In this document: in pieces, positions 24,218-37,400 of the stretch
How the letters are laid out: every line of letters begins with the position of its first letter
How positions within the stretch are numbered: position 1 is the stretch's first letter
NCBI GenBank assembly: GCA_052426225.1
Contig: JBNJNM010000006.1
Span: forward strand, 1,798,001 to 1,862,000
Origin: Zancudomyces culisetae HAW-14-8
Taxonomy: Eukaryota > Fungi > Kickxellomycota
Direction: 5' to 3'
DNA: 64,000 nt
The notes under the pieces: generated by a model
Seen by the model: the letters and a program-made list of their open reading frames with translations, nothing else
The model's database searches: none
Told to the model about the DNA's origin: nothing
Program-made: the position numbers and the translations under genes

Positions 24218-27093
24218 ATGTTTGCAATAGTTTGTTGATTATTTTGTTTATATAGCATTTGTATTCCAACACACATCTAATTCTAATTTAATAAAACGTG
24301 TAGATGTTTAAACCTAAGTATATCTTGTGTGCAAATCACCTTTTGAACCATGTGTCCATTTTTTTTTCCTTGATCAATTTTTTAAACCTCTATCAACATA
24401 ACCTTTACATGGTTTGTTGCTTAGACCATTGATCTCCATGGTGTATTCTTTTCGTAATTGTGATGATTATGAAATTTCATCTTTGTAGAAAAAAGAAGCA
24501 TACAAAAGAAAGAGCTATCTCATCCAGGAACAACCATTAAATAAAATGAAATCGTTAATATCTGTTGGATTTTTGTATGTTGAAATGCTACAATGCAGTG
24601 GAGATGAACCCAAATAGACTGTATCAGTGTTAATAATGATTATACTTTCACCAAGTTTACTTGGCTACTCGACTGGAAATGATGTAATATTGGAGTAGTC
24701 GCTAGTATGCTGTCGTTTTTATGTACGACTATTTTCCACCTATGGAAAGTAAAAGTATTAGACAAAATGTTAACCCTATTCTCAACAATTGAGTTTGGCT
24801 AACAATCACCTCTCAACATGCATAATGCCTAACTTTGACAGGATTGAACAATGCTCAAAGTTTTTTAATAATATTATAACATAAAAAAATACAAAAAAAC
24901 ATAATAAAACAGATATAAGAAAAAAGAATAAAAAATTCATATATATATAATATATTCACAAAAGCACTCACAAGGGAAGAACAGGCGTCGCGAGGACAAT
25001 TTTTTTCACCTATATATTTTGAATACCTAATTATTTTTATATTCTACTAATAAAATCCAGTCTGACAGAAACACACAATAAATAAATTCTGATTACATAC
25101 TCTAAATTAATTACTGATTACAAAAAATAGGCAAATTGAATTTTAACATGAAAATGCTTAGCTAAGTATTGGTATATTTTCATTTTTTTTTGGGCTATGA
25201 GCACTGGAGGGATGGAGCAGATTAGGCAAGAAAATATATAATCCCAGATTTTTTATTTATACACCACTAATATTTGGAGTTCATCTTATTCGTACCCCTA
25301 AGTGAAGCTTTACACGCAAAGATATCAGAAATGCACAAAAATCGTATATGTTATTCTTCATTTACCATCCTCTCCCGTCTCTCCCCCCCCAAAAAAACAT
25401 TGAAATCGCATCATCTGATATTAGTATAGCTACAATGACAGCTATGGATGAATGGTGTATATACTAAAAGTACATCTACGCATTACCTAGATTTATAGTT
25501 GAAGGGTGTTGTAATACCTGTTGTTTTTTTTTATGTTTCTGTGGTTCTCAGTTGTTGTATTATGGTTACGAACATTACTCAATATTGTTGACGCGCATTT
25601 TGTAAAAATTTCATCGAAAAACAAGTAAATGATAATCACAAGAAATAGTTCAAACCTTTTAAAACTTTCACATGCAAATTCAAAATAATACATGGCGAAT
25701 GAGGGGTTGAGAGACCCTTCACACAAAGCTAACAAGTATCATGCTTTTTTTCGAGTCAATTAAAGAATGTTCTGAGCGCATTCCAAGAAATCATCAGTTT
25801 TTCTGTTATTATTTTTAACTTGCCAGCTATTTCTTTCCTTTCAAACACTGTGCAACCTTGGTTAGTTCCTATGAAGAGGAGAGGAGGAGAAGAGGAGGAG
25901 GAGGAGAGGGGGGAGGGGGGAGCGGTACAATTTGAGTTGCAGAATGTTGAGAACTAGAAAAAAAAGATGGCGATTTATATCAATGTAGATGTATCTGAAA
26001 ATCAATATTACCGAAATAAAATCCTCGTATATAAAAAGTTTTTTCCGCCAATCTACTTGCACATGAAGAACATTGATAATTCGCTGAAAAGGGCGATGAA
26101 AAAGCAGTTTATAAATAACGAGGGAAATGTCCTTCCAGCAATAGTGATCTCAGGGGAGAGGAAGGGATGGCTGTGATTTTTGGCTTTGCTTTTCATGTTC
26201 ATTTATGCAAACATTTGTGAAAAAAACTTACATGATTCCTATCTACTGCACAAATTATCACGAGCCAGTAATGTGATTTTTTCTGCAATGCAACTGAAGT
26301 CAATTTTCCAGCGCACCATGTGATTTTTGCTCAATATATTTACCAGTATATATTTTTTCTGAGGTTCTCAACAAACAAGTACAACTTCTTTTACATTCCG
26401 CTCTAGGTTAAAAGAGGATAAAATGATGTAAAAGATTTGTTGTCATAGCTTTTAAAGAGAAGATGTAGTTGTTAGCACCAGTAAGTACCGGATAGGAAGG
26501 GAAAATCATTATTTGAGAGTTGATTGCTTTTGTTAAGTGCTTTATACCAAAGCAGATTATTGGTGAGTGTTGTACCGAATGAATGGGGAGTTGATAGAGG
26601 CTGGAATAGAAATATTGGAGCTTGAGTCGTCGTTTATTTCATGTAAGCGGTTATTTTTTTTTTTATGAGACTGGAATGTGAAAATTCGATTGTACCTAAT
26701 TAGGCAAACAAAATCCCACATTAAAACTCAAAAGTTGGTTTCTTTTATCTTTTTTTTTCTAAGCTGGTTTATATTCATATTTTTTGTTTTGTGTTCTTTG
26801 CTTGTAAAACACGCCAAAAAAAATAGGATTGAGTATAAAAGGCAGGTAGGAGCGACAATAAATGCAAACAGAGCGAAGGCAAAAAATATTTTTTTTCTAC
26901 TGAAGCGGTAAAATACGGAGCAGCGCGGAAAAATACGAACTAAAACTTTCTTCTTGGTTGGTCTTTACGAACTGTCAAGAACTCGCTAATCTAAAGATAA
27001 TTTATAGCAGAAATATTAACAGTGGAACGGGTATATATTAAAACAAAGCAGCGACAAACATAAGGGTAAAGCTGGAACTAAGAACAAAAAAGG

Positions 27094-30000
27094 ATGCTGG
27101 AACACTTTCTTGGAAGACCTTCTGTGAGGGTTCGAAGGTGGCAGGCGATAATAGTTGTTATTCTAGGGTAAGTACATCCGGTTAACTTTTGTTGTGTATT
27201 TTGCCTCCCGATACAGTTGCTTGTAGTCACCTGCTATCAACGTTTGGTTTTTGTTTTTATCCTTACCCTATACTTACCTTTCTCACTATAGTGAACCTTT
27301 AAAAAATAAGATTTACTTTGTGAATTAGTATGGGTTGGTACTAACTTGAAAAGGTGATATTATTTTTGTAGAATCCTTGTGCTCAGAAGGAAAAGAACCC
27401 CTGGTATTATAAAAAACATAGAAAGAAGGCTAGGTGCGTGTTTTTTGTTTGTTTTATCATCCTAGCAAGTATTTTTCGGTTAGAAATCCTAAGCAAACGG
27501 ATATAAATGCAATAATATAATAGGTAAAACACCGATTTGGAAGGCACTTGTAGTATGGTCAGTTTTTGTGCATATCGTCAGGCATGGTGATGACATACTA
27601 GGAATAAGCGGTAATTTTTAAACAAAAATATTGTTATACGATTTCTTGATAAAAATATAGAAATGTTATTAGGCGAGAAAATAATGCAAAAAGCCTGGGT
27701 TAGCACTAAGTCAAGAAAATACTCACCAAGCAAATACTTAAAATAAAACACTATAAATAGCTCCTGAGCCGCTCAGGCAAAGTTATTCGAGAAACTTTTT
27801 TAGAGCAGCATATATTTTGAATGCAATGGATGCCGGGTTCTGGACAGCAATGTATTTTAAGCCCGCGATCTTAAGACATATATTTTCGATGCTGTTCACG
27901 TTTTATTACCTTCTAAACCCGAGAAGCGCAGAGGAAAAAACGAGAAAGTTCAGAGCTCTAATCACTACAGAACATCTTCGCGTATCTTGGGGGAAACCAG
28001 TGGATAATCCGTTTTTGAGATTTTTAAGGTGGTGTGGTTCCCCAAAACTCGATGTACGTGTTTGCACGTACTTGCCTGACGAAAGGAACGGCTTTAGCAA
28101 AAATTACATGCATTGTCAGAAGAATGCGGTCAAGCCGTGGCACCTAAAGTATTGGACAGATTATGATCCGAGCTTTGGGATCGAGGGTAAAAATAAGTCT
28201 TCAGAGTCGCGTGACAGTGGTGGTATATTTTCTGAAGACTCGTCATTGACAAGATTTAGTGGTACAAAGCCAGCACTGTGTTACATAATGTTTGCTGATT
28301 CAATCGAAAAATACAAAAAGACTAAAAAGATCATTCTGGACTATCCTGGTGGAGGGTATGTCTCAATGAGCCCACCATGTCATGATGACTATCTTTCGCA
28401 ATGGGCAAAAACAACTGGTGCGATAATTGTAAGTGTGGATTATGGAAAAGCGCCTGAGCACCCGTATCCGTATGCAATTGACCAATGCTTCGAAGTGTAC
28501 AAAAGCTTGGTAAAATCAAATGGAAAATGTATAGGGCTTGAGCTGAGTGATGATGAGAAGATTGAAATAGTTATAGTTGGAGATTCAGCAGGAGCAAACA
28601 TTTCAGCAAGCGTAATGTTCAGAATTTTGGAATCAGAGGAGGAGATGCCGCTTCCAAAAGGGATTATCTTTGTGTATGGCTTGTTTGACTTTGACATTCG
28701 GTCATGGATGACAGTAAAAGAAATGGATTTGGTTACAGGTGTTGCTACTGTCGCAAAAAAGAATGCAATTTTCAAGGGTGAAGATGGTGGTGTTGATATA
28801 TTAGAGCCTAAAAATCATTTAAATCACGTTTCGCCGTTAGAACTTGACAACAAGTCAGTGTCTAGGCGATCGACGTTGTGGTCTAAAGACACTAGAAAAA
28901 TTGCAGATAAGATTCGGTATGTCAAGGAGGATATAAACCCAGAGGAGTATTCACCCTCCGAGTCAGACTACAGAGATAGTGAAAGCGATAGTAGAAGTGA
29001 AAGTGAAAATGAGGGTGATGATGATGACGAAAGTGAAGGTGATGATGATGGCGAAAGTGAGGATAAAGGTGAGTTTAAAAGGAGAGGAGGGGCAGGGTAT
29101 CATAAAAAAAGAATTTCTGAGGATATTTCTAAAACTGGAGATCAGGATCAAATTAATCACGCAAATATGGCACATTCAATAAACGATATATTTCAATCCT
29201 CGGCTAGAAGACCTCAGTCACAACACTCAAAAAAAAGTAGAGATGAAAATCACAGACAAACTCTGGATGCTGACAGTAACAACATTTCGAACAGCTATCG
29301 TCTCACTATGACAAGCAAATTTGTTTATTTCAACGATATGATACTTTCACCGGAAATGATGAGAGCCATGGCGTTGCTTTATATTGGACCCAACCCCTCT
29401 CCAAATTTTCAAAAGGATTACTACTTTTCACCCATAGTCGCGCCAGATGAGTTGCTTGCGAGATTTCCAGATACATATTTTATGTGTGGTGAGAAGGACC
29501 CTTTAGTCGATGATACTGTTATTTTTGCGGGGCGGATTCGTGAGGCGAAAGCCAAGGTTAGGGCACAAGTTATTGAGAAGCAATTAATGACCCAGAATGC
29601 CGGGGTAGAAAGCAAAACCCAGCCAGAAAAAGCAAACTCCAGCGCTACTTCTACCACCAAAGCTGCAGCGGAGGATCTTGATTTGAAGAAAAATACTGCT
29701 AGCGAACAGCCACCATCGTTTGAGGAAGGTTCTGTAGCTGAAAATGACTCACGTGATTTCCATAGATTTGAAAAAGCAAGTACGTATACAAGTGACACAT
29801 CTTCTAGCCATCATAACATCAAAGATTCCAACAACGTCTTACTAAATATTGAGGGAAGGATCCATCCTGATCGAAAAAGAATTTATCGCAGCGTGGTGAA
29901 TTTCCAAAACCACAAGGAAATCGATAAGCAGAGATGGGAAGGCAAAAGAAAAGCCCAAAGCCGCGATAGATTGAATAAAGACATCATGTACACAGATGAT

Positions 30001-31530
30001 CCTGAGTTAATGAGATCTCAGTTTTATATTGGTGATAGTAGTAGTAACCCAACGAGCGCCGAAGTAAGTGATTCCGACTCTGGATATTCGCCCCGTGGAA
30101 GCAAAAGCTCGCGCGAGATGTTTTTAAAATCATTGAAAATGACAAAGTTTGACGGCAGAAATAACGAGAAGAGCGGGGAGATGGAATTTGTCCGGCTTTC
30201 TAAATATGCGCTCGAGGAGGAGAATATGCTGAATAAGCAGTATAGACAGGATACCAAAGAGGGAAACATCAGCGGAGCAAAAGACAAAGGGTTATGGGAT
30301 TTGAATCTAGTGAACTATGATGATACTGCGGCACCGCTGTCACGAGTTACCTCTAGAGCTAGTCTTCTGCACGAGCCGACATCAACATCGGTTAGCGGAT
30401 TTCCTCCCATAATGCCTACTGCCGACTTGGACACTGCTGCACTATTAGCGGAAAAGTCCGAGTTCTCTCCTGTACTGACTAACCACTATGTTAGGGAGGT
30501 GAATATTAAGAATATGGAGCAAATATGCTCCACCCCAATCAAAGTCAAATTGTTAGAGGGAATGTCCCATGGGTTTATGCAGATCGGGTCTATTTTTGCG
30601 GATGCTCAAGCTGCAACAAACAACTTGTGCGATTGGATAATGGAGCTTCTGGACAATGATGGCCATATTGATAATTATAATCGCAGGCGCGGCTACTACA
30701 ATATGTATTGTAGTAGTAGCAGAGCAAACTCGAGCTATGATCTTTATAGTGTTTATGGATCTGAGGTCTCGTTAAGCGACCATGATTATAATGACGATAT
30801 ACCATCCAACAAATCAGAAAACTTCTTTTCCGCCCGAAAAGTCAATGGTAATGGTCATAGCAGCCCAAAGAAAACTGCAGCCTTTTCGGCTCTTCAAAAT
30901 GTCAATCCACAATCAGCTCTGAATCCCTTGCAAGGTATCGTAACTAACATCAAGCATGAATTTGCCAAGAGTTTAGGACTTTTAGATCATCCTACTCCTT
31001 CGGTTTCAACTCCAAATACGCCCGTTCCTGAAGATAGTTTGCCAAAATACACTCGACAATCCCATGATACTGAAAATCATTCTATCATTTCCTCTTCTTC
31101 GGTTTCCTCCGCGTCTTCTACATCACCAACTGGCAAGTCATCTCATGAAAAAGATAACGATATTTCCAACACCAGTTCGCACGCTACAGATAGCAAGTCG
31201 CTTGGAAAAGGAGGTGAGAATACAAAACATTCTCCTACTTATACTGGGGCCATGCAAAATAAGAACACCGCGGAAAATTCAAGAAAGCCTAAAGCCTTAT
31301 CCGATGAACACCATACCAGGAAGACAAAACACACTCAACATTCAGGTGTCGATCGCCATGGTAATGTGGTTGTTTCAGCAGCTGAAATGGTTAGGAGACG
31401 CGGTGCTAATTTATTGCACACTACGATTCCTAATGATAAAACAAGCAATAGCAATAATAATAGCAATAGCCGTAGCGTGGGCACCAGTCCCTCCAGTATG
31501 AATACCAAAAATGTCGACAAAAAACTCTAA
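27094..31530 (+). CDS. Hormone-sensitive lipase-like esterase (fungal type); exons 27094-27167, 27372-27433, 27524-27610, 27761-31530
   Basis: The spliced N-terminus reads MLEHFLGRPSVR...APEPLRQSYSRNFFRAAYILNAMDAGFWTAM. Motifs YPGGGY, VDYGKAPEHPYP, GDSAG, GEKDPLVDD and GMSHGF. All three introns are GT-AG and frame-consistent. Confidence 0.88.
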
Positions 31531-31886
31531 CTTTTTTAGTGTGTAGGCAAACTAAAAAATTGGGTTTAGCGTTGTTTGAGATGGTCAGCGCGTTACGCTT
31601 CCCGCTTTATTTTTCAACTATGCTTTTGTTTATTAGCTATTTAAGCTCTGCTATTTCTTTTAGATTATTCAAGAATATTTTAACCTATATAAGCTCAAAA
31701 TCATATTTTTAAACCAATGCCAATTAAATACAACTATTAATACTAATGTCAATACCAATACAAAAATTTGTGGCTCGGTCACTCATCCTTCTATTTCACA
31801 CACCCAGTGTATTTTAGAAACATACGAGCGTGGAAGCCTTTCGACAATACTACAAGTTTTAGGAAAAGAAAACTAATCAAGCCAAA

Positions 31887-33457
31887 TCAAATATTATACT
31901 GGTAAATGTCGTCCCTTTCGGGATCCTTTTCGTCAACAGCCAAATGTTTTATAAGATCAATTAGCTCACGCCGTTTCTTATTTGGTGCCTCTTGTAGTTC
32001 TTCTAAACTCCATAATTCGTCATCCTTTTCATCATTATTGTCCTGAGTCTTCTGTTTTTCTGTTTCGCCTTCTTTTCTTTTGATAATTTTGTAAAACTCT
32101 TCAGAAATCTTGTTCGTTGCTGATTTACCAGAACTATCCTTTTGTTTCTTGCTCTTTTTGCTGAAAAAATCCCTAAAGTACGGGTAAGCGAACAGGCTAT
32201 GTAGTAATATTGACATATCGATAAATTGAATAAATAGTATTTTAATAGTGGTAAAATACCCTCAGCTTTCTTTGCGAATGCCATTTGTATTTTGTACACT
32301 TGTAACTACCAAAAATCAGTTACCTGTACTTGAAGTAACCCTTGGTCATCTTTTTTCGATACTTCTCTCTACTAATTAATCTATTCAACAGAGTCTCTGT
32401 ATACATAATCACAAACACTCCACAATCGCTATCGTTGGTTTGCTGCTCTGCCTTTTCCAGAATCAAATTGGTCTTGGGATGGCCAAACATTTTACATATC
32501 CGTTCTATTATGATTTTTGATGCGTTTAAATTCGTGTTATTGCATGAATCGTAGTGTCTAAATCGATTTTGATTTTTCTCATATACAAGCAGCGACCTAC
32601 AACCAGGATAATAATATTAGATTATATGTGTTTGAAATTTACATGCTGTTAACACCATATACTGATTGTTTTGTCAAAGCTCGACTACACCTCAAACTTA
32701 CCAATGACTCCCACTCAGGTTCTCTGTATCCCCATTATTGATTGGAAAAAAAAAGTAGTCTTTTTTTATACTTTCTTGAGGCATTGCATCCTTTGCGCTA
32801 GTCAGATCTATTGTGAACATTCAATATTTTGTTGTTATTATATTTAACTTTGATTGATGTTTTAATATCGATCGTCAATGGATGCTTTGTGATTTAGATA
32901 TTCCCACAATTCAAAACAGATTCGATACAGACACAGACACTCGTCTTGTGTTTAGAGGCAAACACAAATATCCACAGCTACATAAAAAAAATGAAAAAAA
33001 TGAAAAAAATGAAAATAACCAATTAATAAGTACCTGAAGCATGGGCAATCATATGGGCCATTGCAGGCTGGAATAACAGAAATGGACTTTCTTCCAAATC
33101 CAACATATCTTCCAAGTATCTATATATCATTTTTTATTCATAAAGTCACATTCGGTAGCAGTATAAAAGTCTGTTTTATCTCGCCGCAAATAATAGTATT
33201 TTGATTATTCTATGTTTCCCAGATTTGAAAAAAGAAATATGCGGTTTGTTTGTGGGAATCAGCTATAAACCCGTGTTAAATAGTACTGAGCACCCCCAGA
33301 AAGTTGTTTATAAAATAAGCAATTCAGCAGAGATGTAAACTTACTCGAAATAAAAGCCAACAATCGAATCCAATAACCACTCGCCCTCTTGAGCTGTCTG
33401 TATTGCTGAAGGATATAGCGTCGTGCTTTTGTACAATAATAATGGAGCCTCTCTCAT
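31887..33457 (-). CDS. SENP8: NEDD8-specific protease (SENP8/DEN1/NEP1, peptidase C48), 295 aa; exons 33457-33345, 33119-33034, 32807-32702, 32596-32324, 32196-31887
   Basis: Manual splicing gives MREAPLLLY...EWLLDSIVGFYFEYL...FFFPINN...SGSHWSLLVY...HYDS...QQTNDSDCGVFV, with the His-Asp-Cys triad intact. Four GT-AG introns, all in phase. Confidence 0.9.
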
Positions 33458-33828
33458 TGCATTAAAAAGTATAAGTACTATAACTATGAATTGTTTATGT
33501 GTTTTCGATAGAAATGTTTTTATTGCATTTGTTGAATAAAAAGTTGGTTTAAATATTAAATGTAAACGTGAAAAGGATAATAAAATTGGTCATTAAATTA
33601 TTCTGGAGTTTAAAAAACCATAACGAATAGTTTTCGAGTTTAAATGAGGAAAAACGAAAACGCCAAAATAGCGAGATTACCACATTTTTTTACACAAATA
33701 CATAGATAAAACTAGGTAAAACGAAACTGATATATCGAAATACTACTTGGTGAGAAATAGATATACTCAACTATGATAAAGGCTAAAATACGTGGCTTGA
33801 TGAAGTGAAAATCAAAAGTGCAGAAAAT

Positions 33829-33835
33829 AAAAAAA
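33829..33835 (-). terminator. Pol III oligo-T terminator
   Basis: T7 run 3 nt after the tRNA 3' end on the minus strand. Confidence 0.8.
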
Positions 33836-33838
33836 TAC

Positions 33839-33912
33839 CGCTCCCAGCTAGGCTTGAACTAGCAACCTCCTGATTAACAGTCAGACGCGCTAACCAATTG
33901 CGCCATGGAAGC
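33839..33912 (-). tRNA. tRNA-Asn(GTT)
   Basis: GCTTCCATGGCGCAATTGGTTAGCGCGTCTGACTGTTAATCAGGAGGTTGCTAGTTCAAGCCTAGCTGGGAGCG: acceptor stem GCTTCCA/TGGGAGC, anticodon loop CTGTTAA, T-loop TTCAAGC, discriminator G. Confidence 0.95.
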
Positions 33913-33921
33913 GATTTTTTT

Positions 33922-34347
33922 TGTCGTATGAATATATAGATGATAATGTATAGTAGGTTAATCTACTGTAAATCTCTATTATTCATACTGATTGTCTGAT
34001 TGTTGCAGATGCTTGCACATCTGTTTTCACCATTGTGGTTTTCCTTTGTGCAGCAACAATCAGACAATGGTTTACTTTATTACTATTAGGATTTTATAAT
34101 ACTTTATATAACAAACTACTTAAATAGCGACGACAAGGTCTAAGGATACCTTGTTCGGGATTTTATACTCTTTCTTCTAGCGTTTATTATACCAACGATA
34201 ACTAAATAAAAGATTCTTAACTACAGTTAACTAGTTATTTTAGGAAGGTCCTGGACCAATTTTAAACATTAAGTAATAGTGATTACAGCTTCGTCGTACT
34301 GTAATACACTCAATATTTTTATACAATATACAATTTTTCATACGACA
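33922..34347 (+). repeat. 5' LTR
   Basis: No differences found by eye against 39146-39571. Confidence 0.95.
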
Positions 34348-34352
34348 GAATA

Positions 34353-34370
34353 TGGTGATCCAGCCAGGAC
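34353..34370 (+). other. Primer binding site (probably tRNA-Val)
   Basis: TGGTGATCCAGCCAGGAC is complementary to a tRNA 3' end ...GTCCTGGCTGGATCACCA. The -ATCA(CCA) end resembles fungal tRNA-Val. Confidence 0.7.
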
Positions 34371-34423
34371 ACTACTAAAGTATTCATAGTTGTAGTTACA
34401 TTGATTTTATTTAAGTCATACAA

Positions 34424-37400
34424 ATGACAATACCAAGTAAAGAAAAATCTAGCACTGATCGTGCAAATAAGCAAAAACAAAACACCGAAAGTACAGAAGT
34501 TGTGATGGAAAAACAGCAGAAGCGAATGGTTAGCAATAAACTTGAACCAGAAAAATTTAACCCTGATAATGGAGAAGATGCATTAAAGTGGCTAAAGAGA
34601 TACCATCTCTTTGCTACACATGGTGGATGGAGTGAAGTAGAGACGGTAGAGATAATGGAATATTATTTGGAGGGAAAGGCGAGAATGTGGTTTGAGATCA
34701 ATGAGGATAAGTTCACATCATGGAAGGAATTGGAGCAATTGTTCACAAGCAAGTTTGCTGGAAGGCAGCAAGAATATAATGCATGGGTTGAGATTCAAAA
34801 CATTAGACAGGAGCCCGGTGAAGACATTGATATGTTATCATACAGGTTAGGCAAGTTAGCAAAGAATGCTAAGATCACAGACGAGCAGATGAAAATTAAA
34901 TATCTCTGGAATGCTATAACCCCAGAAAAGAGAAGATTGTTAATTAAAGGAGAAGTTCAGACGTACGAAAGCGCAATCAATACATTACGTGAGGAAGAAG
35001 ACATAGATATGTTGAGTGGAGTCGTTAACACAAACACTGTGAATAACTTAACGTATCATGGAAGCAGTAATGATGCTCGAAACAAGAATTGTACAGAGAT
35101 GGAGGTCCTTATTGGAAAATTCGATAGCCTAAATGTTAATGTAATGGATTTTATGAAGGCTAATAGTCAAAATAACCAAAGATATGGTAATCGAAACAAT
35201 AATCAAAATCACAATAATTACTTCAACAAAAATAAAGATCAGTTTTCAAACTATCAGCAACAAGATAAAAGAAATTACCAGAGGAATACTTACTCAAATT
35301 ATGATAATGGAGACAGAAAACCTGAAGTAAAGAATGATCAAGAGATTCATAAATCGGTACCAAACAACAATGCGGAAGTAAAAGAGATTAACTGTTTGGA
35401 AGTGGAAGTGGAACCAAGTGAATTGTACATGGCAGAGAAGAGAAAAAACGCTGAAGAATCTAATGCCCAGGCAGGGACAGCCAAAGTAGTAAAGAGATTA
35501 CACTCCAACACTGAAGGAAATGACAGCGAACCAATGGATACGGATCATGTTACTTCTATTCCTGAAGGAAGCAAGAGACCTTCGGCCAGTAGGATTATTA
35601 ACACTCGTTCAGCTCAAAGTAGTCAAAAATCTGCAAGTTCATCCAGTAACAATGATAGCAAATCGTATTCATTAGTTGAAGATTTAGGAAGAGTAAAAGC
35701 AAATATTAGTTTACCTCAATTAATTGAAATTTCTCCAATCGTTAAATCACAGTTGGAAAGTTTCTATAATAATATTGCTAAAGTTAGGGCAATAAATTCT
35801 ATATGTAGTGAAAAAGTTACAAATTGTAGGACAACGGTAGAGATATTAGGAACCGAATGTCTTACAGTGTTAGACACTGGCGCAGCATGCAGTGTAATAT
35901 CAAGACTTTTGGTAGAGAAGTTGCAATACAAAGTAGATGCAAGCTCTGCAGAATCAATTATAACCGCCGATGGGGCGCGACACAATACTTTGGGAAAAAT
36001 TCACAATTTACCTATAAAGATAGCAGAAGAGTTGTTCGATACTGAAGTTATCATTATGAATATACCAAACAACATATTAATTCTAGGCATTGACTGGATG
36101 AGAAAGTATAAGGCTAATATGGATGTTCAGAAGCAGAAAATAACCATATCAAAGCAGTATGTTACAGTGGAATTACCTTTTACAACTGATGGAGAAGTCC
36201 AAGTTAACAGATCAGAAAAGTCAAGCTATAAGGATATCGAAATTTTTGGGATAGGAAAAGAGATTGTTAATCAGATGGAAAATGCAAATGAAGTAGACCA
36301 GAGAATAAAAGACTTGATAAACACTTACCAGGATATATTCGCTGAAGAGTACCGGCAACTCACTTCTACTAACGTAGTAGAACACAGTATTGACACAGGT
36401 GATGCACAACCGGTTAAGTTACGACCCTATAGAATTCCTAATGTTATGAAAGATATGGTTAGAAAAGAAATAAAAACAATGGAGCAAAAAGGGATAATTG
36501 AACCGTGTGTGTCAGACTGGTGTGCTCCAGTAGTCACTGTTTGGAAAAAGAATGGAACGTTGAGAATATGTTCTGATTACAGAAAACTTAACTCTGTGAC
36601 TAAAAAGGATAACTACCCACTACCTAATATCAGTGATATATTCGAAGTACTTACAGGTTCTGGTATCTTTAGCACCCTAGATGCGCTGTCGGGGTTTTGG
36701 CAGGTTAAATTGAAAGCAGAAGATAAGCACAAGACTGCATTCACTATCCCAGGGGAAGGGCTATACTGTTACAATGTAATGCCTTTCGGCCTTTGTAACA
36801 GCCCTCCAACTTTTCAACGACTCATGGAACGTGTTTTGCAATCAGTACTGTGGAAGTCTGCTGTTGTTTTTGTCGACGACATCGTTGTGTTTTCTAAAGA
36901 TGAGGAGCAACATATACTGGATTTAAAAAAGGTATTCGATCTATTAAGAAGTAATAAAATAAAATTAAATTCGAGTAAGTGTAGTTTCGGACAAAAGAGA
37001 CTAAACTATTTAGGACATGTTATTTCCGTAAACGGGATTGAAACAGATCAAAAAAAAGTTGAAGCCATTGAAAAACTTCCAACTCCTACAACTGTAAAAG
37101 AACTACAAAGCTTTCTCGGTACAACGAATTATTACAGGAAATTCATAAATAATTATGCAATGATTGCAGGACCGTTAAACTCTTTATTAAGAAAAGATAC
37201 AGTATGGAAATGGAATATGGAATGCCAAAATGCAATAGATACATTAAAAGTAAAACTAGTTACCGCACCAGTGCTGGCACACCCAAAATGGGATATACCT
37301 TTCATAGTTACAACCGACGCTTCATTACAAGGTATCGGGGGTATATTAAGCCAAGTTCAGGACCAAAAAGAACATCCTATAGCATATGTAAGTAGATCAT

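Noticed and set aside
24300-27000. Possible hidden gene or snoRNA (GTGATGA at ~24460) in a 2.8-kb gap
   Set aside because: No matching D box at a suitable distance and no coherent spliced reading frame found by eye; a degenerate element cannot be excluded.
27270-27285. ATACTTACCT as the start of a U1 snRNA gene
   Set aside because: No U1 stem-loops or Sm site are recognisable downstream; kept only as an anti-splice-site observation.
36869-36880. RT motif FVDD instead of YxDD as a sign of inactivation
   Set aside because: FxDD is a common functional variant in Ty3/Gypsy reverse transcriptases.
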